DNA of 14,759 nucleotides from an uncultured Bacteroidales bacterium (GTDB lineage Bacteria; Pseudomonadota; Alphaproteobacteria; Rs-D84). Below, one piece after another: positions 6,801-14,321 of this stretch. The stretch is taken from NCBI GenBank assembly GCA_964514455.1, contig CAZEWI010000013.1, positions 1-14,759 on the forward strand, in the 5' to 3' direction. The position numbers and the translations under genes are program-made. Within the stretch, counting starts at the first letter, position 1. Each line of letters opens with the position of its first letter. The notes beneath the pieces were generated by a model, which was not told where the DNA came from, ran no database searches, and saw nothing but the letters and a program-made list of their open reading frames with translations.

Positions 6801-7280
6801 TTATTTTTTTAAGCATTTTTTTAGGACATCAAAAGCAGCATTTATTTCTGCAAATTTTTTTGTATCTCCACCTAAATCAGGGTGATGTTTTTTAGCAAGT
6901 TTTCTATACTCTTTTTGTATAGCATCTATTGTAATCGGCCATTTTAATCCAAGTGTTTTTAATGCTTTATTTTGGGGAGGTGTAGGAGCCTTTGTTTTTA
7001 CATAATTACCGGTCTTTTGGCCAAGTAGTGATTTCAAAAACTCTAAATCTGTATCAAATTTTCTTTTGGTTCCTCCGAATATAGATTTCGTTTCCCGGGA
7101 TTTTTCATCATCTTTAATTATATCTTCAATAGACATTCCCGCATAATAATTCCAATTTTTATTATATTCTGCCGCATGCTTTTTACAAAAATTATAATAC
7201 TCTTTTAGATTTCTATCTTTTGGAGCACGACAAGTTCCAATTTCTTCACAGCCTAGAAAATCACATTTCTTAAAAGCCAT
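6801..7280 (-). CDS. J-domain (DnaJ-like) co-chaperone with N-terminal Cys/His-rich domain, 159 aa from ATG 7280
   Basis: C-terminal J domain ...IQKEYRKLAKKHHPDLGGD...FAEINAAFDVLKK. N-terminal CDFLGCEEIGTCRAP...FCKKHAAEYNKNWNYY. ATG 7280 with AAGGA upstream is preferred over the track start at 7328. It overlaps the xerD stop by 11 nt. Confidence 0.8.
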   Translation of the reverse strand: MAFKKCDFLGCEEIGTCRAPKDRNLKEYYNFCKKHAAEYNKNWNYYAGMSIEDIIKDDEKSRETKSIFGGTKRKFDTDLEFLKSLLGQKTGNYVKTKAPTPPQNKALKTLGLKWPITIDAIQKEYRKLAKKHHPDLGGDTKKFAEINAAFDVLKKCLKK

Positions 7281-8163
7281 ATTTTTTTCCTTTTTCTGCC
7301 AGTGGGTGATGTTTTTGGACCGCATCAATTAAATGTTGAGGCAATACATGAGTATATATTTGAGTTGTTGCAATGTCTTCATGTCCAAGCATAGTTTGAA
7401 TCGCCCGAAGATTCGCTCCGCCAGCAAGTAAATGGGAAGCAAAAGAATGCCTTAAAACATGGGGCGAAACTCTATCTGGATTTATTCCTGCTATTAAAGC
7501 ACACTTTTTCAGTATCTTAAAAAATGCATCTCGGGTTAAATGCCCAGTTTCTCCGCTGCTAGGAAATACAAAAGGTGAATTTTTTTGTCCGCTTGGAATA
7601 AATGCTTCGCGGACATCTAAATAATCATCAAGGGCTTTAACAGCGGTTTCATGAATTGGAACAAATCTTTCTTTTGAGCCCTTGCCATGAATTAAAAGTC
7701 TGCCATCAAGAATAGCACTCATAGGTAAGCATACAAGTTCAGACACACGAAGCCCCGATGCATACATAACCTCTATCATAGCATGAAGCCTTTTCCTGTG
7801 CTTTATATCATCAGAGGCATCAATCAATTCAACTATTTCCTCGGGTGTTAGATATTTTGGAAGTTTTTTTTGTCTTTTAGGTAATTCAATTCCTATCATG
7901 GGATTTTCGTTCATAATCTTTTCCAGATTCAAAAAATTATAAAATCCACGAAGAGCAGATGCCTTGCGAGCAATCGTAGTGCTTCTTGTATTCTTTTTTA
8001 TCAGTTCTGTAAAGTAATTTTGAATTTTGTCGGTTGTAAGACTTGTTAAATCTCCCAATTCACTTTCTATATTATTCAAATCAGAGGAATAAGAACTGAT
8101 AGTCAAATTTGCCCTAGCCTGTTCGGCTGCTAGCATTTCAAGATACATTTCAATATAGTTCAT
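7270..8163 (-). CDS. xerD: Site-specific tyrosine recombinase XerD, 297 aa
   Basis: ASGLRVSEL, HGKGSKERFVP, HLTRDAFFKILKKCALIAGI, SPHVLRHSFASHLLAGGANLRAIQTMLGHEDIATTQIYTHV give the R..HxxR..Y catalytic set. The pattern resembles XerD more than XerC. Confidence 0.8.
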   Translation of the reverse strand: MNYIEMYLEMLAAEQARANLTISSYSSDLNNIESELGDLTSLTTDKIQNYFTELIKKNTRSTTIARKASALRGFYNFLNLEKIMNENPMIGIELPKRQKKLPKYLTPEEIVELIDASDDIKHRKRLHAMIEVMYASGLRVSELVCLPMSAILDGRLLIHGKGSKERFVPIHETAVKALDDYLDVREAFIPSGQKNSPFVFPSSGETGHLTRDAFFKILKKCALIAGINPDRVSPHVLRHSFASHLLAGGANLRAIQTMLGHEDIATTQIYTHVLPQHLIDAVQKHHPLAEKGKKYGF

Positions 8164-8306
8164 GGTTTTGGATATAATAATGTCTCGGTCACAAAGTCAG
8201 GGGCAGGGTATGTGAATATAGTCAGTGCAATAAGTGCAATCACAGCCACAATAATAAGATATTTTTTATAATTTATTCTTCTTTTCCTGCGAGATAAACC
8301 GACCAT
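8160..8306 (-). CDS. Small membrane protein, 48 aa, translationally coupled to xerD (not in the ORF track)
   Basis: Hand translation: MVGLSRRKRRINYKKYLIIVAVIALIALTIFTYPAPDFVTETLLYPKP*. AAGGAG lies 6 nt before the ATG at 8306. Basic N-terminus plus one TM helix. Its TGA overlaps the xerD ATG (ATGA). Confidence 0.5.
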   Translation of the reverse strand: MVGLSRRKRRINYKKYLIIVAVIALIALTIFTYPAPDFVTETLLYPKP

Positions 8307-8375
8307 TAGAAACTCCTTTCAATAAATTATAACATATTTTTTGGAAAAAATCACTAAAAATCCATAATTTAAGTC

Positions 8376-8403
8376 TTGATTATTGAGATTTTTAATTTAT
8401 AAT
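8376..8403 (+). promoter_or_regulatory. Candidate sigma70 promoter for mreB
   Basis: TTGATT (8376-8381), 16 nt spacer, TATAAT (8398-8403). Confidence 0.4.
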
Positions 8404-8438
8404 CCAATCAGAATTTTAATTTACGGCTAATAAAATAG

Positions 8439-9509
<1,071 letters not shown>

Positions 9510-9523
9510 AAAAAGAATTGAAT

Positions 9524-9552
9524 AAAAAAAGTGCCAATTTGGCACTTTTTTA
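9524..9552. terminator. Bidirectional terminator between convergent mreB and the pilin-like gene
   Basis: A7 (9524-9530), stem gtgcc(9531-9535)/ggcac(9541-9545), T-run 9546-9551. Confidence 0.7.
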
Positions 9553-9571
9553 TTTGATAGGTATTTTAATT

Positions 9572-9922
9572 TTATTTCCAAGCACTCAAAACAGTATCAG
9601 CATCAGGTAAAAATGCAGTAATTAAAACTTGAACTCCGAATAGCAAAACAAAGCCAACTATAACAGAAATAATCCAAGCTTTTTCTTTTTTCCAATCAAA
9701 CTCACCTTTTTCAATATAACCCCATGCTTTCCCTAAAATAACAAAAGCAAGTCCTATAAAGGCAAGATTTCTGATGATTACAAAAACCGGATAAATTTTT
9801 CCAGCTAAAGCATTAGCGGCATTGGTATTTACCCCGTCAAGAGCATACCCTGTTGATATAGTCGCAGCAATAAATAGCATAGCAAGAGTTGCAGGTTTTA
9901 AGAATTTTTTTAAGTTTTTCAT
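9572..9922 (-). CDS. Secreted small two-helix membrane protein, VirB2/TrbC pilin-like, 116 aa
   Basis: Signal peptide MKNLKKFLKPATLAMLFIAATISTGYA, then LDGVNTNAANAL..., hydrophobic helix, charged loop (GYIEKGEFDWKKEK), second hydrophobic helix. This is the same layout as T4SS pilins, recalled from Brucella VirB2 (...GGLDKVNTF...). Strong AGGAG RBS. Confidence 0.5.
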   Translation of the reverse strand: MKNLKKFLKPATLAMLFIAATISTGYALDGVNTNAANALAGKIYPVFVIIRNLAFIGLAFVILGKAWGYIEKGEFDWKKEKAWIISVIVGFVLLFGVQVLITAFLPDADTVLSAWK

Positions 9923-9982
9923 ATTTTTCTCCTTTCTTATTTTGTCATTATATCAGAAAATAAACCTCCCTGCAAGTTGTTT

Positions 9983-10189
9983 TTATAATTTCTTATCAGA
10001 TGATATTTTTTCAGATTTTACAGGCAAAGTTTTATTTGGAATATTGACACTCACATTTTGCTTTGGAGCCTCGGTTATATGTGGAGGAACTATTAGTTTT
10101 TCATTCTCTGTAATTATAGGCTCATTTCTGCAATTGCAACATGCGGAAATACTTAAAATTAAAATAGGTAGTGCCAAAAGTTTTTTCAT
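9983..10189 (-). CDS. Small lipoprotein, 68 aa
   Basis: MKKLLALPILILSISAC has the lipobox ISAC, followed by a Pro/Lys-rich unstructured tail. AAGGAA RBS present. Confidence 0.6.
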   Translation of the reverse strand: MKKLLALPILILSISACCNCRNEPIITENEKLIVPPHITEAPKQNVSVNIPNKTLPVKSEKISSDKKL

Positions 10190-10254
10190 ATTATATTCCT
10201 TTCTTTTTTATGTTTTATAAATTGAGTTGCTTTCAGCAACAAATTTATTTGAAC

Positions 10255-10295
10255 TGGATTCTCGGGTCAAGCCCGAGAATGACACAACGCTGTGT
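10255..10295. repeat. Palindromic repeat element, copy D (TGGATT-hairpin-AATGACA) plus a second small hairpin
   Basis: attctcggg(10258-10266)/cccgagaat(10272-10280) is a perfect 9 bp stem with loop tcaag. It is followed by gaca, then acaca/tgtgt (10282-10295). The flanks match the copies at 13903-14050. Confidence 0.8.
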
Positions 10296-10391
10296 TCGTT
10301 GTTTTGTAATTTATTATAACATCTAGAAAAAAATTCTTCAAGTTAAAGATTTATATTGTCTTTTTTTTTTAAGTGTTTTATCATCTTACTT

Positions 10392-11393
10392 ATGAGAAGG
10401 TTTCTAATCGTATTTTCAGGATTTTGTTTTTATAGTTCATTATTATGGGCTCCGCCATATTTTGCTGAACAAGATTACGATAAACCTAGCGATGTTGAAA
10501 ATTCTGTCATAGCGGGTCCAAGTCCTGAAACTCCAGTAGAAAGAGTTGGAGAAGGTATGGGTAGAATTGCCTCTGGGGTGGCTAATGCTATGGGTAATAA
10601 TTTTCAAATTCCAATTGGAAATACAGAGAATGACGATATTGTAGATGATGACCAATATCAAGATGTGCTTGATGATGAAAATGCCGTGATTGATGTTGAT
10701 GCAGAAAAAACTTTCGCAGATGTTTTTCTAGATAATGCTAATGAAACAGTTGATCTTGCTCCAGGACAAAAATTCAAAAATGTCGCTATCTTTGATATTC
10801 AAGGTGTTGCTCTGGGACAAAGATTTGACGATATTCAGACAGTTTTTTTTAATACTAAAAATTTATATACTCCTGTCGCAAAAGACTCTATTACATACAC
10901 TATTCCAAAAGAATGGAAGTATAATCTAGATTATGAATGTAGGCAACAAGGTTTATTTGTTCCTGCTGATGTAAGCCAATGTATTAAAACTAGTGCTATA
11001 AAGAAAGGCATTCTATATCCTGCCGAAGTTCGTCTTGAAAGGGCTAGTACAGGGGAAAAAATCTATATATTTTTAACCTCTAATTTAACAGATAATCTTG
11101 TTTATAAAGTCATATACCACAACGATGTCAATGAATTATCTGGGAATGGTGAAGTTTTCCAATATCAAAAAGAAAAAAAGATTTTGAACTTTTGGAAAAA
11201 TGTCTTGGAAAAATTCGGACAACCAAATTCTGGCTCGTCGGAATGGATTTCTTCTGATAATCCTTATGACCCAAAAATGAGTGCTGCATACGGAGAACTT
11301 ATTTTGGAAAATCAAGGACTCTATTATAAAGACTTGGAAGAAAATGCTAAAAATTCCGAGGAAAATTTCAAAGCAAAAGATTATGCTTTCTAA
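10392..11393 (+). CDS. Secreted hypothetical protein with acidic N-terminal region, 333 aa from ATG 10392
   Basis: MRRFLIVFSGFCFYSSLLWA looks like a signal peptide, followed by a D/E-rich stretch (DDIVDDDQYQDVLDDENAVIDVD). No family recognised. The track start at 10356 is TTG within a T-run. Confidence 0.6.
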   Translation: MRRFLIVFSGFCFYSSLLWAPPYFAEQDYDKPSDVENSVIAGPSPETPVERVGEGMGRIASGVANAMGNNFQIPIGNTENDDIVDDDQYQDVLDDENAVIDVDAEKTFADVFLDNANETVDLAPGQKFKNVAIFDIQGVALGQRFDDIQTVFFNTKNLYTPVAKDSITYTIPKEWKYNLDYECRQQGLFVPADVSQCIKTSAIKKGILYPAEVRLERASTGEKIYIFLTSNLTDNLVYKVIYHNDVNELSGNGEVFQYQKEKKILNFWKNVLEKFGQPNSGSSEWISSDNPYDPKMSAAYGELILENQGLYYKDLEENAKNSEENFKAKDYAF

Positions 11394-11445
11394 TGTGGTA
11401 TTAAAATACCGTATATGATTTTTGATTGATTTTATGCTATTTTGC

Positions 11446-11474
11446 TTGACTTTATGATTTCTTTAATTTATAAT
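11446..11474 (+). promoter_or_regulatory. Near-consensus sigma70 promoter for rplM-rpsI
   Basis: TTGACT (11446-11451), 17 nt spacer, TATAAT (11469-11474). Confidence 0.55.
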
Positions 11475-11563
11475 CGCCTTGTCTTAAAAAGATTTTACAG
11501 AGTATAAATATGTAAAGTGCTTATTTTCTCTGTATTACAAACAACAAAACAAAAGGAAAAACT

Positions 11564-12034
11564 ATGGCTACACCAAGTTTAAAAAAAGCAGATTTGAAAT
11601 CCGATTGGATTCTAATTGATGCTACTGATTTAGTTTTGGGTCGTTTGGCTGTTCAAATCGCAAACTTGTTGCGTGGAAAACACAAACCTCAATACACTCC
11701 TCATATGGACGGCGGTGATAATGTTATCGTTGTCAATGCTTCTAAAATCGCTTTAACTGGTCGCAAAGCAGATCGTGAAAGTTTTTATTGGCACTCTGGA
11801 TTCCCTGGTGGAATTAAATCCAGAACCAAGGGCGAATTGCTTGCTAATAAACCAGAAGAATTACTATTCAATGCTGTAAAACGTATGATGGGTCGCACTA
11901 GATCTTCCGCTCTTGCAGATCAACGTTTAACTAAATTACACATTTATGCCGGAGCAGAACATAAACACTCTGCACAAAAACCAGTTGTTATGGATTTTGG
12001 TTCTCTAAATGTTAAAAATAAAAGGAGTGCATAA
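11564..12034 (+). CDS. rplM: 50S ribosomal protein L13
   Basis: [46 protein letters not shown] is a canonical L13 N-terminus. Confidence 0.96.
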   Translation: MATPSLKKADLKSDWILIDATDLVLGRLAVQIANLLRGKHKPQYTPHMDGGDNVIVVNASKIALTGRKADRESFYWHSGFPGGIKSRTKGELLANKPEELLFNAVKRMMGRTRSSALADQRLTKLHIYAGAEHKHSAQKPVVMDFGSLNVKNKRSA

Positions 12035-12462
12035 TGGTTGCTACAAAAGAAACAGTCGTATCTGTTACAAAAAATCCTAAGGTTATTTCTGCAACTGGTA
12101 AAAGAAAAGATTCTGTTGCTAGAGTTTTCTTGGCTCCTGGAAAAGGAAAAATTTTTGTAAATGATCTTGAATTAAATGCTTATTTCAAAAGACCTGTATT
12201 ACAAATGATTATCAATCAACCTTTTGCTGTCGCTAAAAGAGAAGGTGCTTATGATGTTTGGGCTACTGTTAAAGGTGGCGGACTTTCTGGACAAGCCGGT
12301 GCTGTTAAACACGGTATTTCCAAAGCACTTACATTGATTGAATCTGAATTGCGTCCTGAATTGAAAAAAGCAGGATTCTTGACTCGTGATTCCCGTGTTG
12401 TTGAAAGAAAACACTTCGGTTTCCACAAGGCAAGACGTTCAACTCAATTCTCAAAACGTTAA
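12034..12462 (+). CDS. rpsI: 30S ribosomal protein S9
   Basis: [40 protein letters not shown]-terminal [10 protein letters not shown]. The start overlaps the rplM stop (TAATG). Confidence 0.96.
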   Translation: MVATKETVVSVTKNPKVISATGKRKDSVARVFLAPGKGKIFVNDLELNAYFKRPVLQMIINQPFAVAKREGAYDVWATVKGGGLSGQAGAVKHGISKALTLIESELRPELKKAGFLTRDSRVVERKHFGFHKARRSTQFSKR

Positions 12463-12471
12463 TTTTATACT

Positions 12472-12527
12472 CCCAGTTTTTTGGTCGGCTATTTATTTCT
12501 TGGTTGGACCAAAACTCTGGGATTTTT
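12472..12527 (+). terminator. Long hairpin plus T-run after rpsI (terminator or attenuator ahead of tig)
   Basis: cccag(12472-12476)/ctggg(12517-12521) and ttttggtc(12479-12486)/gaccaaaa(12507-12514), with a 2 nt mismatch in between. Followed by attttt. Confidence 0.5.
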
Positions 12528-12544
12528 CATAAAAAGGAGTTCTT

Positions 12545-13846
12545 ATGTTTGACAATAAATATCTAAAAAAAGAAAAAGTTAAAGATTTACATTACACTCT
12601 CTCACTAGTTTTTCCAAAGGATTTAATTGAAAAAAAATCTGATGAATTACTAATGGAACATGGTAAAAAAACAAAATTAGCAGGATTTCGCCCAGGACAT
12701 ATTCCTTTGGAAGTCTTGCGTCAGCATTTCGGAAATGCTATGCTGGATCAAGCAATCAATTCAATTATGAATGAATGGATGGACGGCTATATTGCAGAGA
12801 AAAAAATCCGCTTGGCCGGTTCTCCTAAGGCGGATATGAAAAATTATCAAGCAGGAAATGATCTTGATTTCAATCTTGATTTTGACATCTTGCCAGCACT
12901 TCCAAAAATTGAATTAGACAAAATTACTCTTACTAAAAAAGTTGCTGAATTTGATGAAAAAGAAGCAGAAAAAGCACTTGATAATATAGCAAAATCTCGT
13001 CGCGTTTTGAAAGAAATTGCCGATGAAAATACTGTTGCTAAAAAAGGTCATACTGCTGTTATAGACTTCAAAGGATTCGTTGGAGACACTGCTTTTGAAG
13101 GCGGAGAAGCAAAAAAACATTATTTGGAATTAGGTTCAAATACTTTTATTCCTGGCTTTGAAGATCAAATAATTGGTCATAAAAAAGGCGATAAATTTGA
13201 TGTAAATGTTAAATTTCCAAAAGAATATCATGCTGAAAATTTGGCAGGTAAAGATGCCAGATTTGAAATTCTTTTACACGAACTTAAAGAAGTTTCTATT
13301 CCTGAAATCAATGATGATTTTGCAAAAGAAGTCGGTATGGAAAATGTTGCTAAATTAAAAGATCATATTAAAAAGATTTTAATGGATCAATATGACATTG
13401 CTTCTAAAAATTCTATGAAAGAAGAATTATTAGATGTTCTTGCTGATAAAGTTAAAATGGATATTCCTGAATCTCTCATTGAGCAAGAGTTTGACTTAGC
13501 AAAAAGAAATGCAGAATCTAAAAAAGAAACTTTTGATGAAAAATCTGCTAAAAAAGATGCTGAAAAAAGAGTAAAACTCGGATTGATTTTGGCTGAATGG
13601 GGAAATCAAAATAAAGTTGAATTGACTCAAGAAGAAGTTCAACAGGCTATTATGCAAGAAGCAATGAGATACCCTGGACAACAACAAGCAGTTTTTGATT
13701 ACTATAACAAAAACAGAAATGCTTTGATGATGCTCCGTGGAATGCTTTATGAGGGAAAAGTTCTTGATACTATGCTTGGACATGTAAAAACAAAAGATAA
13801 ACAAGTCAAAGCAAAAGAACTGTTTGAACCAGTTGAAGCAAAATAA
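12545..13846 (+). CDS. tig: Trigger factor (ribosome-associated PPIase chaperone), 433 aa
   Basis: GFRPGHIPLEVLRQHFG in the N-domain, FKBP-type core VIDFKGFVGDTAFEGGEAKKHYLELGSNTFIPGFEDQIIGHKKGD, and a helical C-domain. Confidence 0.93.
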   Translation: MFDNKYLKKEKVKDLHYTLSLVFPKDLIEKKSDELLMEHGKKTKLAGFRPGHIPLEVLRQHFGNAMLDQAINSIMNEWMDGYIAEKKIRLAGSPKADMKNYQAGNDLDFNLDFDILPALPKIELDKITLTKKVAEFDEKEAEKALDNIAKSRRVLKEIADENTVAKKGHTAVIDFKGFVGDTAFEGGEAKKHYLELGSNTFIPGFEDQIIGHKKGDKFDVNVKFPKEYHAENLAGKDARFEILLHELKEVSIPEINDDFAKEVGMENVAKLKDHIKKILMDQYDIASKNSMKEELLDVLADKVKMDIPESLIEQEFDLAKRNAESKKETFDEKSAKKDAEKRVKLGLILAEWGNQNKVELTQEEVQQAIMQEAMRYPGQQQAVFDYYNKNRNALMMLRGMLYEGKVLDTMLGHVKTKDKQVKAKELFEPVEAK

Positions 13847-13865
13847 ATAAATTGCTAAAAATAAT

Positions 13866-13891
13866 AAACGGAGCGAATGCTCCGTTTTTTT
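13866..13891 (+). terminator. Rho-independent terminator of tig
   Basis: Stem cggagc(13869-13874)/gctccg(13879-13884), loop gaat, then T7. Confidence 0.8.
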
Positions 13892-13902
13892 ATATTATAG
13901 AA

Positions 13903-13938
13903 AGATTGCCACAGGCAAGAGCCCTCGCAATGACAGGG
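13903..13938. repeat. Palindromic repeat element, copy A (degenerate)
   Basis: gattgc...gcaatgacag: the outer 5 bp stem attgc(13905-13909)/gcaat(13927-13931) and the AATGACA flank are kept, while the interior pairing is decayed. Confidence 0.55.
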
Positions 13939-13963
13939 TGGTGCTAATTGAGCGGGTCATAAC

Positions 13964-13991
13964 GAGATTCCTGACCAAGTCAGGAATGACA
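13964..13991. repeat. Palindromic repeat element, copy B
   Basis: attcctgac(13967-13975)/gtcaggaat(13979-13987) is a perfect 9 bp stem with loop caa, followed by gaca. Confidence 0.8.
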
Positions 13992-14018
13992 GCGTATATT
14001 TTATAAGGAATGTTTTAC

Positions 14019-14050
14019 CTGGATTATCGGGTCGGGCCCGATAATGACAC
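14019..14050. repeat. Palindromic repeat element, copy C
   Basis: ctggatt + attatcggg(14023-14031)/cccgataat(14037-14045), a perfect 9 bp stem with loop tcggg, followed by gacac. It is nearly identical to copy D except for compensated stem positions. Confidence 0.8.
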
Positions 14051-14083
14051 AAAGAATAAGGAACGTTAGATTGAAAATAAGGG

Positions 14084-14112
14084 TTGATGTTGCTGTCTTT
14101 TTATGATATAAT
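14084..14112 (+). promoter_or_regulatory. Strong candidate sigma70 promoter with extended -10
   Basis: TTGATG (14084-14089), 17 nt spacer, TGaTATAAT (14104-14112). Confidence 0.5.
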
Positions 14113-14118
14113 TCATTG

Positions 14119-14298
14119 GTAATCAAGGAGTGGTTTCTTGATTATGAGGTCTCAAAACCTCGCCATAGGCGTCAAATAAAAGACGAAAAACCTCCAACTG
14201 GGTTGGAGGGTGGGTAATAAGCATTTTGCAAATATCTACACTATACTTATGGATAGTTTTGAGCCTCCAACCGCCACTTAAAAACTGGCGATTTTTTA
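14119..14298 (+). promoter_or_regulatory. Structured ~180 nt leader RNA (candidate attenuator/riboswitch-like element or sRNA) upstream of the last ORF
   Basis: Hairpins taatcaag/cttgatta (14120-14144), gaggt/acctc (14146-14161), cctccaac/gttggagg (14191-14209). cctccaac occurs again at 14264-14271, directly abutting the terminator stem. See findings. Confidence 0.4.
14272..14298 (+). terminator. Leader terminator
   Basis: cgcca(14272-14276)/tggcg(14286-14290), 9 nt loop, then attttttatt. Located 24 nt upstream of the ATG at 14322. Confidence 0.5.
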
Positions 14299-14321
14299 TT
14301 CATAAAAAAGGAGAAAATATT

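Noticed and set aside
7281-7328. N-terminal extensions implied by the ORF track (7328 for the J-domain gene; also 10356 for the secreted protein and 4165 for the MTase)
   Set aside because: Internal ATGs at 7280, 10392 and 4153 have proper RBSs and give family-typical or signal-peptide N-termini. The 4165 and 10356 track starts are TTG, and the 7328 extension lacks the RBS support of the 7280 ATG; all three run into upstream genes or poly-T.
7270-8163. Tyrosine recombinase as a phage or ICE integrase marking a mobile element
   Set aside because: The sequence pattern is that of chromosomal XerD. It has a housekeeping context and no att-like repeats or phage genes around it.
9822-10220. 132 aa + strand ORF spanning the pilin-like and lipoprotein genes
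   Set aside because: It overlaps two minus-strand ORFs that each have strong RBSs, signal peptides and sensible architecture. The + frame has neither.
12199-13804. Antisense ORFs inside rpsI (12199-12426) and tig (12914-13120, 13496-13804)
   Set aside because: They are Phe/Ser/Asn-rich mirror frames of Lys/Glu-rich genes and have no independent signals.
13903-14050. CRISPR array (three ~30 nt palindromic units with ~30 nt spacing)
   Set aside because: The units are not identical; their stems differ with compensating changes. There are only three units, one of them degenerate. A fourth copy stands alone at 10255. No cas genes are present. A REP/MITE-like element fits better.
14119-14298. T-box riboswitch, Type III toxin-antitoxin RNA (ToxI-like), retron msr/msd, or a named riboswitch
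   Set aside because: AGGGTGG (14207-14213) resembles the start of the T-box sequence, but the rest of the box, a Stem I/specifier and an aaRS or amino-acid gene are all missing. There are no tandem direct repeats as in ToxI. The downstream N-terminus does not look like ToxN or a reverse transcriptase. No known riboswitch core was recognised by eye. Left as an unknown leader.
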